A DNA stretch of 64,000 nt from Tubulanus polymorphus. Lineage: Eukaryota; Animalia; Nemertea. The notes below the pieces were generated by a model. It was not told the origin of the DNA, did not search any database, and worked only from the letters and a program-made list of their open reading frames with translations. Below are positions 1-12,245 of the stretch, piece by piece; position 1 is the stretch's first letter, and each line of letters starts with the position of its first letter. The stretch spans positions 1-64,000 of the forward strand of contig NC_134026.1 in the NCBI RefSeq assembly GCF_964204645.1, given 5' to 3'. The translations under genes and the position numbers were made by a program.

Positions 1-67
1 ATATCTGAAACTCTCAAACTCTGAATATCTGAAACTCTGAATGTCTAAAACTCTGAATACTCCCTAA

Positions 68-593
68 AGGGGCACTCAGGTCGCCCTTACAACTGCAACT
101 ACAACTAGAAGCGACTGGTTCGAGCAACTGGCAGCGATCGTCAGCGACTGGTTTTTTCCCAGTCGCAGCGACCTGAGCGCGTCTACAACTGACAGCGACG
201 GGTCGGCGACGCAAAAACTGCCAGTCGCTATGAGTTGAACATGTTGAACTTTCAGCAACGCGTCGCAGCGACTACCACTAGTTGTACAGCGTTTTTGTCG
301 ACCTGAGCGCTACTGCAACTGATTTCCGCGTTGTAGGGAAGTACTATAGTCATTTTGAACAGATCACATGATCAATTGAACATGGGCGGCGCCATTTTGA
401 ACAGATCACATGATCAATTGAATCGCGCATTGCAGCGACGGTCGTAGGGCGACCTGAGCGCGCACTGATTAGCGTTGAACGTTTCAATCCCGTTGCTGCC
501 GGTCGCTTCTAGTTCTAGTTGTAAGCGACCTGAGCGCGGTTACAACTCGTAGTCTTCAGTTGCGTCGCGTCGTAGGGCGACCTGAGTGCTGCT
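68..593. mobile_element. Non-autonomous DNA transposon (MITE), PIF/Harbinger-like
   Basis: The left end TAA|AGGGGCACTCAGGTCGCCCTTACAAC matches the reverse complement of the right end TAA|AGCAGCACTCAGGTCGCCCTACGAC. Internal CGACCTGAGCGC repeats and a duplicated CATTTTGAACAGATCACATGATCAATTGAA (351-380, 393-422). No transposase ORF. Superfamily is inferred from the TWA-type flanks. Confidence 0.7.
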
Positions 594-1767
594 TTACTCT
601 CTCCCTCTCCATAATGCCTGACATGATTTAAACAGAAACGAGAGCATGTTTTTTTTTCTCTCACCACCCGTTCACCGGGGTAAAGAGATTTATGCAGTAG
701 TACTAACTGAAAGACCCTGCCGTATACCGAGCTTACAGCGGTACTCACAGGTGAATTATACTACACCAAACCGGGTCACTCGGTGCATTATAGAAAATTT
801 ATCAACAAAACGCAAACAGTATATACACACAGTTATAACAGTTACCGGATATAGAAAGAGAGAGAGAGAGAGAGGTTTATAAGATCAGTTTAACTAGCTA
901 TAAGGGTTCAGCGGACACTGCTGTGTGACACACTGTCGCTTTGTGTCCAAACTAGTTCTAATAATGCCGTATAATAGATTGCCTGTCAATTTTCATTATT
1001 ATTTTGAATTATGAATTGTGTATTATAATCCGTCAGTTCGTCGTTTGTCAATCTCAGCGATATTTCACTTACAAAACCAGTTATTCATATATCACGCGCG
1101 TGTGTGTGTGTATAGATTTATCTATGTCTGATTCCTGTAGTTGATAAATTCAAACTCCAGTAACTGGTTTTAGACCGGTCTTAATCCGAGAGCCAAGCTG
1201 CACGGTAGTGTTTAATCATATAGAGACTGGTCTTATGAGTTGAGAACCAGCCCCACGAGCTCATAACTGGTGATTTCTATCTCTCCTAAATAGTTTCAAC
1301 GTAGAATCCTGTTGCACGTTTTGCCTGCTACCGGGCTCGTCGAAAATGGGCTTTTTTAACCCCAAAACCTACGCAATTTACACATTTAAACAGTTAACTG
1401 AATATATAAATATTAAACAAGATTATATAAATTTGAAGTGATATCAGCTTAAACGGAATGCTCTATAAACTAAAATAATGAACCGGCGTTCCTGGGAATA
1501 TTACATTTTTATGATATTTCCCTGATTCTAGGTCGAAGAGGTACTTTAAAATACATATAGGTTTAACCAGAAATACGTAAAGAGGTTAGACTGGTTTTAA
1601 TCGACTAAGTTCAGTTTTAACCCCTATTACACCTGGGCCTAGGCTCACATCCAGTCTGAAAACAAGCCCCTGGAAAGTGAATTTACATAATAAGATGTCG
1701 AAAATTAAAATCAGCTAAATCATTTTTAAGTAATTAGTTACATATATATTATATTATTATATATTAT

Positions 1768-1770
<3 letters not shown>

Positions 1771-1862
<92 letters not shown>
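1771..1862. repeat. (AT)n microsatellite
   Basis: Pure AT run, seen directly. Confidence 0.98.
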
Positions 1863-1866
<4 letters not shown>

Positions 1867-2050
1867 AATTAGATGAGTGATCGAGAACACTAACGAGAGT
1901 GATATCACAACAATACTGCTAATATTGCAGTAGAGGATTCCACTTGTGGCAAGTGAAGATCCACCAGGTGTCACTAGTAGTTACTCTGGCCGTAAAATTG
2001 AATGAACTTTTCTCTCAAATGAATCAATTAATAATCATGGACCCAGGAGC

Positions 2051-3357
2051 CTAAAAATTCTTCTCAAAGTTCATCAATAAAGAGCTAATTTTGATGACGT
2101 TAGACCGAGTACTTGGCACGCCACCTAGTGAGATAGCTGGTGTTGCAGTTCCCAATTCACAGATCAATAATTCAGTGAAATACGATGAGAGAGGAGGGAG
2201 AACATCATCTGATTCTCTCAGTAAATAGAGACAACCCTTCAGCAGTTTAATTAATATAATTAAAGCCATCTAAACACAGGAAACTAACAGCAGGTTCACT
2301 TTAATAAATATATATTACTGAACGTTTTTTTCTTCATACTTGTTATTATTCAATAGTGTAATTACAATAAGGTCAGGTCAATGAAACTGAATTATTATGT
2401 CAAGATGTTCGTGTTCCTTCTACACTGTTTAGAGGTCATACACTCAAATTCCAGCATTTCATTTGACTTTAGAGTCAACTGATAATTCTTCCACGCTGGC
2501 AGAAAATAAATCATCATTAAAATGATTATATCATATTACATCATATCATATCAATCATATCATAGACTAATTCATTGAACTGTCAGGTTTTATATTATCA
2601 CAATGACTAGAGCCGTTTGTGTAAATCAAATATATACAGAAATATTGAATACTTCATCCATAAAAATCAAACATTTTTCATACACGAGAAATATATGGAA
2701 AGTAAATCAGTTGAGTAAATGATTTTCAAAACATCTGTTGTTTCGTCGGCTGCCTGGTCGGCTGCCTGGTCGGCTGCCTGGTCGGCTGCCTGGTCGGCTG
2801 CCTGGTCGGCTGCCTGGTCGGCTGTCTGGTCGACTAGCTGGTCAGCTGGCGGTCGATATTGTTCAATGAATCTTACATAATGTATTCTATACGAGATATC
2901 ACTGATTAAACTATTTATAGCTTTATGTTTTAATACAATTATCATTATATAATAAAACTAGAGCTAGTAACACGCAATCCTCCACCGAACACTCTACAAA
3001 TATGGCTCTGCTAGCCATTTTGGAAGATCTACATGACTCAAAACAAAAACAGCACAACCTCCTACCAAGTTATGAGAAAATTGGTCAAAAACTGTTAATA
3101 GTTGAGCGCTGGAAACTGCACGCAGGTCTATACTACACAAAGTGTAACGAATTCATTTCCCAAACATCTCCCAGGAAATCTATTGAATTCCAAATAATTC
3201 TCCAATTTACCTGTCGTCCTGCGGGAACCACGAATGAAGTCGTACTCACCAAAACTTAGAAAAGTCGGTCATATTCCAAGTGTTAACGAAAGACAGCCTC
3301 TCCATGAGTATTAGATCAATCTATGTAAGGTTTGTTAATCTTCTAACTTTCTTAATA
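2051..3357 (-). other. Candidate spliced exons of an unidentified transcript (UTR, lncRNA or short ORFs)
   Basis: Splice-site-flanked segments: tttcag|3357 with donor gtgagt (~3250) or gtaaat (~3211); tgccag|2495-2442|gtatga; gtttag|2269. No long coherent ORF; possible peptide ...AWKNYQLTLKSNEMLEFEYGFNYIN*. Confidence 0.3.
2745..2832. repeat. 12-bp tandem repeat GTCGGCTGCCTG, ~7 copies
   Basis: Seen directly. Confidence 0.95.
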
Positions 3358-3817
3358 CTGAAAGTAAAGAAATTAGAAACATATGTTGAATATTGAGGGG
3401 ATTAATGTAAATAATAATGCTTGTGAAGATCTGTGCCAAGGTTGAGAGAGGAGAGAGAGAGAGAGAGAAAATGGCTGCTACGTTTCCAAAGTCATAAAAA
3501 GCCTCATAAATAAAACCTATAAGCAGCTTTCCTACCGCTGGGTGGCCTTGACATTACACAGACAGTCAACCGATAACCGCAGAGAGTCTGGATTATAGAG
3601 ATTAAATATCCGATATTCACAAATAAAATATTTAACAAAGTCATTTACTAATTTTTTACCATTTACTAATTTGAAAAGCGGATTAACCGGATTAGTGATT
3701 CTAAAGTGATTATCCTTCTGTGCATCGCACAAGTTTGTATTGGTAACATTAAGGAGGGAAAGAGGCCTGATTAGTATCCATAATATTTGAGTGTTAGAGA
3801 ATGAGACCAAATTAGAG

Positions 3818-4538
3818 GAGAAAGGAGGCACAGGGATGCCAACCTCTGAAAGGAGGCACAGGGATGCCAACCTCTGAAAGGAGGCACAGAGCTGCCAACC
3901 TCTGAAAGGAGGCACAGAGCTGCCAACCTCTGAAAGGAGGCACAGTGCTGCCAACCTCTGAAAGGAGGCACAGGGATGCCAACCTCTGAAAGGAGGGACA
4001 GGGATGCCAACCTCTGAAAGGAGGCACAGGGATGCCAACCTCTGAAAGGAGGGACAGGGATGCCAACCTCTGAAAGGAGGCACAGTGCTGCCAACCTCTG
4101 AAAGGAGGGACAGGGATGCCAACCTCTGAAAGGAGGCACAGGGCTGCCAACCTCTGAAAGGAGGCACAGTGCTGCCAACCTCTGAAAGGAGGCACAGTGC
4201 TGCCAACCTCTGAAAGGAGGGACAGGGATGCCAACCTCTGAAAGGAGGCACAGGGCTGCCAACCTCTGAAAGGAGGGACAGGGATGCCAACCTCTGAAAG
4301 GAGGGACAGGGCTGCCAACCTCTGAAAGGAAGCACAGTGCTGCCAACCTCTGAAAGGAGGCACAGTGCTGCCAACCTCTGAAAGGAGGGACAGGGATGCC
4401 AACCTCTGAAAGGAGGGACAGGGATGCCAACCTCTGAAAGGAGGCACAGTGCTGCCAACCTCTGAAAGGAGGCACAGTGCTGCCAACCTCTGAAAGGAGG
4501 CACAGGGCTGCCAACCTCTGAAAGGAGGCACAGGGATG
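3818..4538. repeat. 28-bp minisatellite CAGGGATGCCAACCTCTGAAAGGAGGCA, ~25 copies
   Basis: Seen directly. The unit contains the MITE terminus CAGGGCTGCCAACCTCT. Confidence 0.97.
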
Positions 4539-4603
4539 CAGTATTTCTCGTAATAAGAGAGTAACAAATACTGAAAATCAGGAACAGTTGAGCCGCAGCT
4601 CTG
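4503..4603 (-). mobile_element. Internally deleted MITE copy, same family as 50895-51048
   Basis: CAGGGCTGCCAACCTCT...GAGTAACAAATACTGAAAATCAGGAACAGT...GCAGCTCTG matches the reverse complement of 50895-51048. Confidence 0.8.
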
Positions 4604-6845
4604 GAGAGGAGAAACAGAAAGAACAAGAGGAAGAGAGGCAGAGGTAGAGAGAGGCTAGGAAGAGAGATTGAGAGGCAGAGAGGATGAGAGCGAGTGCGAG
4701 ACTCGGACAAAGAGGTATAGAGAGGTATAGAGAGGCAGGCAAGCGTGTCTATCTGATATATCTCTTGAATGTATTTAGAGCAATAACCATTTATATCAGT
4801 GATCTCTCCCTCTCTCCCACACAGATACAATATACAGATTTATGGGCTATAATTCAGTAATAGTTCTCATCAAACTAAAGTAGCTTTCTCTCTGAACTCT
4901 CAGATAAATGATCGGTCGGCAAAACTTCAAAGGCTTATAAAAATCTACAATGGAGCCGTATAGCTGGCCTAGTGCCACATGGCCGAAATACTTCACCAAT
5001 TTTTATGACCCGTTTTAGCCTAGTTTTAAACGGGAGGGCATTCAGAAAATCGACATCATCACACCTTCCCTAAACGGACTACTAAAAAGAAGTGAAGTTA
5101 TTCTCAAACTGCACTGGGATGAATTCATCGTATGTTATATAATACTATCAGTAAAATGAATACCACACACTCTAGTAGTTGGATCTGTTAAACTCATTTC
5201 AAAGGAGTTCTTTACGAGAATAAATTACTGCACTGACAATAAAAAACTGGTAAACAGTAGGTTATATAAATCACTGACAGAAATTCAGGTTAAATTCGCC
5301 ATTAGTTTCTAACGAAATCAAAGTATCAATTCTTCTCTTGATTCTTTTCTGTGGTCGACGACGAGACCCATTCACTCTATGTACGCGGCTTCTAAGAATT
5401 AAAAAAAACAGGTACAATTTTTGTTGCATTCGAGCAACTTTTTCTGCGTGCACTGAAGCATTAGAAATGGATGAAACTGACTGGGCTTTTGTTTTACTAA
5501 TCTTCGATGAAAAATATCTCGAAGATTCAAGCATTCAAAACAATTAAATAGAGTTCTATTTGAAATTCTAATTAACATTTTACTCCTTAAACGATGCATT
5601 ATTTTCCCGATTCAGAATTAACAATCAACATTTGTTGCGGGCTTAATAAGAAAGTCTTATAATCAACGCATTCTCAACCACATAATGAAAGAAGTTTTAT
5701 CAATGAATATCGAGGAACTTGATTCCAGAAAATCAAATTTGAAAAGTATTTAAAATTCTAATAAACATTTCCATGAAACCGGGTGCAGATATATAGGAAT
5801 AAGAACGTTTTGTATCCGGTCTGAAAACGAGTTTTTGAAATAAAAACGATTTTAATTTATTATTCCCCGAGGGGCAATTCAGTGTGTTTAAAATATTCAC
5901 ATCGTTTATCAGCGTCGGATAAAGAGGAAACGTTTCCTAGAAATAAACGAAAACTAATTTTCTAGAAAAAACACCCAAACACATAAACAGAACACGAGCC
6001 ACAGTTTCCAAGAAATTAATAATTATTTTTTTGGTCAGGTATTTCTGGCGATAATCGATTATCAAAGAAATATTATATTTCTCTCTCTCGCTCTGTGTCG
6101 CCCTGAATTAATGGATGAAATGACAGATTTGATAAACTGCTGTTATGTGCGATGAATTCTATGGAAAAGAGAATTGTACGTGCGACTCTTCGGTGCGAAT
6201 GAGGTCGTAATTCCCAGAAACCAACAACTGTTATTTATAGCTGCTCTTCGCAGCGCCGGTGCTCTGCCACCGGCGCTCGCTGCTAGCTCGTGGTAAATAA
6301 AAGCACATCTAAAACAGGTTCTATGAACTGTACCAGGGCTGTGTGTATGATATATGGATCACTAGTTCCTAGAATTATATAATTGCACAAAAAAATACAG
6401 TTGAAAAATCGATGCAATGAAGGCTTCTACAATAACCGCATTAGATCAATCATGATTAGTAGAGGGGTCCAGGAGAGGGGTCCAGGAGGGGGGGAGGTAA
6501 TGGAAATAAAGTCCTTGATCTCCATGTGTTAACTCCTCCAATAATTCACCCTTTTTATTTCAGCTAAAAAAGACAAATTTCCATCATCCAATCAGATTCA
6601 CTGAATTAGGAATTTGTGTAGTAATATAATTAATTCATCTCAATATACACCATTTGTATTTGTTTAGACGTGTGTATGAGATCTAACTGTTTATTTTGGT
6701 GTAACTTAGATATAAATAACTAATTATGTTATTCACCCTAAAAGATGTTTCATTTTCCTCATTAAGAACTGATTCAGAATTGAATAATGATACAAATTAG
6801 TTGTAATTGTCTAATAATAAAGTTTTATAATGAGAAAATGACAAT

Positions 6846-7030
6846 CAGCCACCATAACTGACTGGTCACCACTGACCAGCCACCATGACTGACTGGTCAC
6901 CACTGACCAGCCACCATGACTGACTGGTCACCACTGACCAGCCACCATGACTGACTGGTCACCACTGACCAGCCACCATGACTGACTGGTCACCACTGAC
7001 CAGCCACCATGACTGACTGGTCACCACTGT
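6846..7030. repeat. 31-bp minisatellite CAGCCACCATGACTGACTGGTCACCACTGAC, ~6 copies
   Basis: Seen directly. Confidence 0.95.
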
Positions 7031-7072
7031 TCACACTGACCAGACAAACTACCTGACCAAGTTAGCCACTAG

Positions 7073-7175
7073 AGCTCAGTGGTCTAGTGGTTAGCATGGC
7101 GGCCTTGAAAACTGCAGACCCAGGTTCAAATCCCAGGAGGGGTCACTCAACTAAGATTAGCACTACACAGCGGTG
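7073..7175 (+). mobile_element. tRNA-derived SINE head or tRNA pseudogene
   Basis: Pol III A box TGGTCTAGTGG (7080-7090) and B box GGTTCAAATCC (7123-7133) at tRNA spacing. No intact acceptor stem. Confidence 0.65.
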
Positions 7176-7249
7176 TTTAATTTTTTTCAAGATTTTTAAC
7201 AGTCTTTGAATTTTCAGTTCTAGTTTTTGGGGGGTCACACATAGAATTT

Positions 7250-7350
7250 ACGGGTCCTGCATGTACAGCTGGGCGCACACGGGACCCGCGTGTACAGCCG
7301 GGCGCACACGGGACCCGCGTGTACAGCCGGGCGCACACGGGTCCCGTGTG
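7250..7350. repeat. 29-bp GC-rich tandem repeat, ~3 copies
   Basis: Unit CACACGGGACCCGCGTGTACAGCCGGGCG. Confidence 0.9.
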
Positions 7351-7851
7351 TTCAGCGGTCGGTGTTTAATGCTGATCATTTATATAAAATGCCTAACTAT
7401 CAAACCGCGACATAAAATTACCATAAAACTATTCGCACTAGTTTAGATTATGGTCTATTATTGGTCGAAAGCGTGTTTCGACGATGGCCTTCACAAAACA
7501 CCGAACCTACATAAAATAACGATAAAATTCTAATCATTTCACACGGTTTATTTTCTCGAGTTTGACTTTGAGAGCATCAAAAACTGGCGGCAGCGATTTC
7601 TCGTTATAACGAACCCGAGTCATTAGAGAATTGCATCCTAATTACTATGTTTAATGCTAGGATTAACCATCAAATATGTAGAGGTTTTTTAGGAGTAATT
7701 CTAGCTGTGTGTAAATAAAGCACGACGTGTATGAGAGCTCCAGGCGACTATGGCAAATATGTAGGCCACTTACATATATAAAATACTATGTGAGTGAATG
7801 GGGTATATAAACTTACTGATGCTACAGATACTCCAGAAATACAAATACAAT

Positions 7852-7951
7852 CGCCGAGCCAATCATACCCGCCCGAGCCAATCATACCCGCCCGAGCCAA
7901 TCATACCCGCCCGAGCCAATCATACCCGCCCGAGCCAATCATACCCGCCCG
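7852..7951. repeat. 19-bp tandem repeat GCCAATCATACCCGCCCGA, ~5 copies
   Basis: Seen directly. Each unit contains AGCCAATCA. Confidence 0.95.
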
Positions 7952-8994
7952 CCGTCCGTCGCTCCTCGCATACACATCTCTCTCATATCTTTTTTAGGAA
8001 TTGAAATTTTATGGACATCGTAAATCTTTGAAAAGTCTACAACGCAAACCCTGATACGGGGAAACAGACGATAAGGGGAAACAGACGATATAACATTTTA
8101 TAGTAGTCGCCAGATTGTCGTAAATCTTAGAAACGTCTACAATTCGTTATTACGAAGCAAAGTCTAATAGAAACAGTAAAAACAGCAGTAATTAGTGGAT
8201 CAGACAGAATGACTGATATATCAAAAAAACAAGTGAATCCTATAACAGTGTCATACACCAATTATACTTGATTTTATATCGGATTTTGGGTAAATTTGAT
8301 TTTCTCTGTAAAAAAAGGTTCGAACAGCGGCAAAAAATCGGCATTCAACAGCTGTTGGTTTGACTGCAGTTTCAGTTTCAGGATTACATTTAGACCGCTG
8401 AAATAGGGAAGCTTTTTGGTCTCAGGAAAAGTATAGAAAATTAAGCTTCATTCTCGTTCGAGCAACTATTTTTCAAATATAAACTCTAATACTTTGTAGA
8501 GCAATAACTGTCTGGAACAACAGTTAAACAGCACACGATGCTATTGTTAGTTTCACTACTAACTGTAGAACTCTTTGTAAAGACTCAGTTTGTTTGATCA
8601 AAATCAACACGCACATCACATCTATATCAAACAACTAGACAAAAACATCAACCGGTTAAATCAATCCCCTCACCCCTCCCCCCCACACCGCCGAATATTA
8701 CCTCATCACAAAGGAATAAAATGTCAAAACTTTTTATCCAAAATTGAACACAGCTGATACAAAAGGAAGTAATTAGAGAGTGAGTGAGTGAGAGGTCTCT
8801 GAAGGTAAAAGGTCGAAGTGAACAAGAACTAAATGTCAGAAGGCAGAAGTCAATAATGAGTCTTACTCCCGGCTAAAACTCTTCTGTCTGGTTTATAATA
8901 TTTATGAAGATATAAAGATTGTTGTTTCTGTTGTGTATAAACAATTCACTGGGTCAAGGTTCCATCAATAAACAATTACAACTAATCACTTAGT

Positions 8995-9081
8995 AATTAT
9001 ATATGGAGCATTCCCCCACACATCAATTATATATGGAGCATTCCCCCACACATCAATTATATATGGAGTATTCCCCCCCAC
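8995..9081. repeat. 30-bp tandem repeat AATTATATATGGAGCATTCCCCCACACATC, ~3 copies
   Basis: Seen directly. Confidence 0.9.
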
Positions 9082-9187
9082 AGGCTGAATTACAATTTAG
9101 GCTGGTGAAGTTGCAAAGCTTTTAGTCTGAGAATTGATATCAATTCGATATATTCAAGGAGCAGTAGATATTTTAACCGGGGTGAAA

Positions 9188-9320
9188 GGGGGATGTCTGC
9201 TGCGTATATTGGGGGGGGGGGGGAGGGGGTTGTCTGCTGCGTATATATAGGGGGGGGGGGGTCTGCTGCGTATATGGGGGGGGGGGGTGTCTGCTGCGTA
9301 TATATAGGGGGGGGTGTCTG
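9188..9320. repeat. G-run tandem repeat (GTCTGCTGCGTATAT + poly-G), ~4-5 copies
   Basis: Seen directly; the G tracts vary in length. Confidence 0.9.
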
Positions 9321-10673
9321 TTGTGTCTAGAACCTACTGTAAAGATCACTGAATTCGTATTGTTTCTCATGTTATTGATGTAACTATGGAAAGAAACAAT
9401 TGTTTTATCTCTTGTTGCAATTACTATAATTTGTAGATCTCAGCAGCGGAGAGACGACTCCGACCGACCGGCGAATCATTGAGTAAACATTAACTGCATT
9501 AACAGCGGTTTCAAGCTGCGACTTCGTTTATTCTTTACTCGTGATGAATCACGATAGGAATCGATTCGATTCCTTACAATAGAAAATCTACAAATATTTC
9601 TAGAATTTCAGCAAACTAAATACGGCTACAATAAGAGGTACTGTCACTGCTACTTGTGGCGAGTGAGGTTTACACAGGGGGCGCCAGGTGTTGTTTTCGG
9701 GAAATTAACCATTATTTCAAATTTTCTAAGGAGAGGAGGACTCGGCACTATTTGTGTACGAGAAAGTTTTGCTTCCTCATTTCTCAATTGCTGGATTTTC
9801 GGTGAAATCTACACCAAACATTGAATGAGAAAGTGAATGTTATATCTATCCTATATCTATATGTATTGCACCATCTGGTGTGTACTGAAAAAACCTTCTA
9901 ACAACATAGAACTCAATGAGTTGATCTTCAATTATCCTCGTTGATAAATGCCATAAACTACTGTAACCGAAACTAAAGTCAGAAAAATAACGAGACTCGG
10001 CATGAAATTCATTCAAACCGTATTCAACATACTGTAAAAAAATCAGCAGCTAACGCGAAATATTTCACTATCGAAAAAACAATTTTCAACGTCGTAAAAA
10101 ATGTATTAAAACAGAAAATAGGTCAAATAATAATATGAAATTCTACACAACGTTGAACAATAGAAACATTTAAAAAAAACTCTAGTAAAACCAGACAGAT
10201 TTTATTAATCGCGCTGTTTTAAGAATTTAGGCCACCATGAAATAATAGTTTAGGATTTCATTTCTGGGAACTAAGACGTAGCTCCGGTGGCCCGCCGGTG
10301 GCCCGCTGGTGGCCGGCAGCCAGTGGAGTTCCATTTCAATACAATACTAAAGAATTCAGTGTTACTTATTACTTATTCAGTCATCTGTATTTTCTAGTTT
10401 TATTTATCTACAGTTTGACCACTAGTTAAACATGAAGCGTTTATCGTTAGAGGTGTGTCCAAAAACTAGCACAAGAAAAAAGACCCAGTGTCGTATTGTA
10501 GAATAGAATCTCTCGTTTCAACCTCAAAGTAATAAAACTGATGTCTTACTACATCTCGAACTTCAGGAGATCAGAACATCTGTTCATTATAACCGATAGT
10601 TAGTAATATCTAGTGTACGTGTTGCGTGTTTCAGCCACTTCCTGTTTTATATTAACTATTTCCTAGGAATTGT

Positions 10674-10993
10674 GCAGGAGTTGTGAGCAGGAGTTGTGAG
10701 CAGGAGCTGTGAGCAGGAGCTGTGAACAGGAGTTGTGAGCAGAAGCTGTGAGCAGGAGTTGTGAGCAGGAGTTGTGAGCAGGAGTTGTGAGCAGGAGCTG
10801 TGAGCAGGAGTTGTGAGCAGGAGTTGTGAGCAGGAGCTATGAACAGGAGCTGTGAGCAGGAGCTATGAACAGGAGCTGTGAGCAGGAGCTGTGAGCAGCA
10901 GCTATGAGCAGGAGCTGTGAGCAGGAGCTGTGAGCAGGAGTTGTGAGCAGGAGCTATGAGCAGCAGCCTGTGAGCAGGAGTTGTGAGCAGGAG
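10674..10993. repeat. 13-bp minisatellite GCAGGAG(T/C)TGTGA, ~24 copies
   Basis: Seen directly. Confidence 0.97.
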
Positions 10994-11639
10994 AAATGTC
11001 TGTCGGTTTCAACTAGTTTCATTCGTTTTTTTGTAGTTTATCAATCGTATTGATTTAGCTGCTGCTTTACACAATTCTGCATCAAAATCCAATAATATTT
11101 CTATCCACTGACGATAGAATAAAGTAATAATATATTAGCAGCAGCAGCAGCAGCAGCAGCAGCTATATACAATCGATATTCATTCACTACTGACACGTTT
11201 TGCTACTAAATCTCAATTAGACTTTAAAAATAGAAATCATACACAGACGACGGGATGATAGAGGAGTTACTGAACCTCGCGTAGTAATCAAAATTCCACA
11301 GCAAAAATTACACCAAAAACTAAATATTTCCTATTTATTCCTCATTTTCTGAACTGACACAATCTTTACGCAGCTGAACAGTAACAAAAAATCTGTTCGT
11401 TAAAACCGATAGTTCACTATTATATCCAGTAGGAAATTAACCGTCCGATTTGAGAGAAATTTCTAATTTCGTTATAACTCGAGATATTTCACCGCTATCT
11501 CTCAGTATCTCGGTCTATACAACGGAGGAAAGTAGATCGATTTTCTAATGTGTGAAACAAATATGAACCATTTGAAAGGAACCCCCGCTGAATCCAGTCT
11601 CCACGACTGAAATACTAGTATTCACTATTCACTCATTAA

Positions 11640-12029
11640 TCAACAGCTGTTTATAAAATGAACAACACGGTTCTCTCGTAATTTCTCTAGCCAACTGTTC
11701 ACAGGCCGGGCAGGCGCATCTGTAAATTCGAATAATCAGATTAACTAATAAGGCTGAAGATATCATCACAGGCGTATTCGAGGAAGAATTATTCGAGGAA
11801 GAATTATTCGAGGGAGAATTATTCGAGGGAGAATACATAGGCTGAAAATCCCTGTGAAATTGTTTTCAGATGAGATTTCTTGCGTGCCTTATTCTAGGTG
11901 TACATCCTTCCCTGAATCCGATCCTAGACGTGACCTCGATAATAGCTGCATTTTATACATACACCACCCACCACTGTTGGCCACCGCCCCGGTCGTATCT
12001 CGGCAAAAACTTGACTCGGTTTTTTTCAT
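11640..12029 (-). CDS. Candidate two-exon small ORF (48 aa) or 3' end of an unidentified gene
   Basis: 12029-11963 (MKKTESSFCRDTTGAVANSGGW+T|gtatgt) joins in phase to tttacag|11719-11640 (YAPARPVNSWLEKLRENRVVHFINSC*). No homology recognised. Confidence 0.3.
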
Positions 12030-12128
12030 GATTGAACAAATATGACTGGAGATGAGTTTTCTTTGTGCAACGGAAGAATAGCTGACTAAACATCTAACTT
12101 TATTGGAACTACAAACCCAATAGAAAAC

Positions 12129-12130
<2 letters not shown>

Positions 12131-12165
<35 letters not shown>

Positions 12166-12245
12166 GAGAGAGGAAGAGAGAGAAAGAGAGAGAGAAGAGA
12201 GAGAGAGAAAGAGAGGAAGAGAGAGAGAGGAAGAGAGAGAGAGAA
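12131..12245. repeat. (GA)n-rich microsatellite
   Basis: Seen directly. Confidence 0.95.

Noticed and set aside
3532-4830. 432/247/251-aa overlapping ORFs
   Set aside because: All three minus frames are open because the 28-bp repeat lacks stops; the sequence is MITE-derived.
7073-7145. Functional tRNA gene (also 35289-35379 and 58422-58490)
   Set aside because: A and B boxes are present but acceptor or anticodon stems are broken, which fits SINE heads better.
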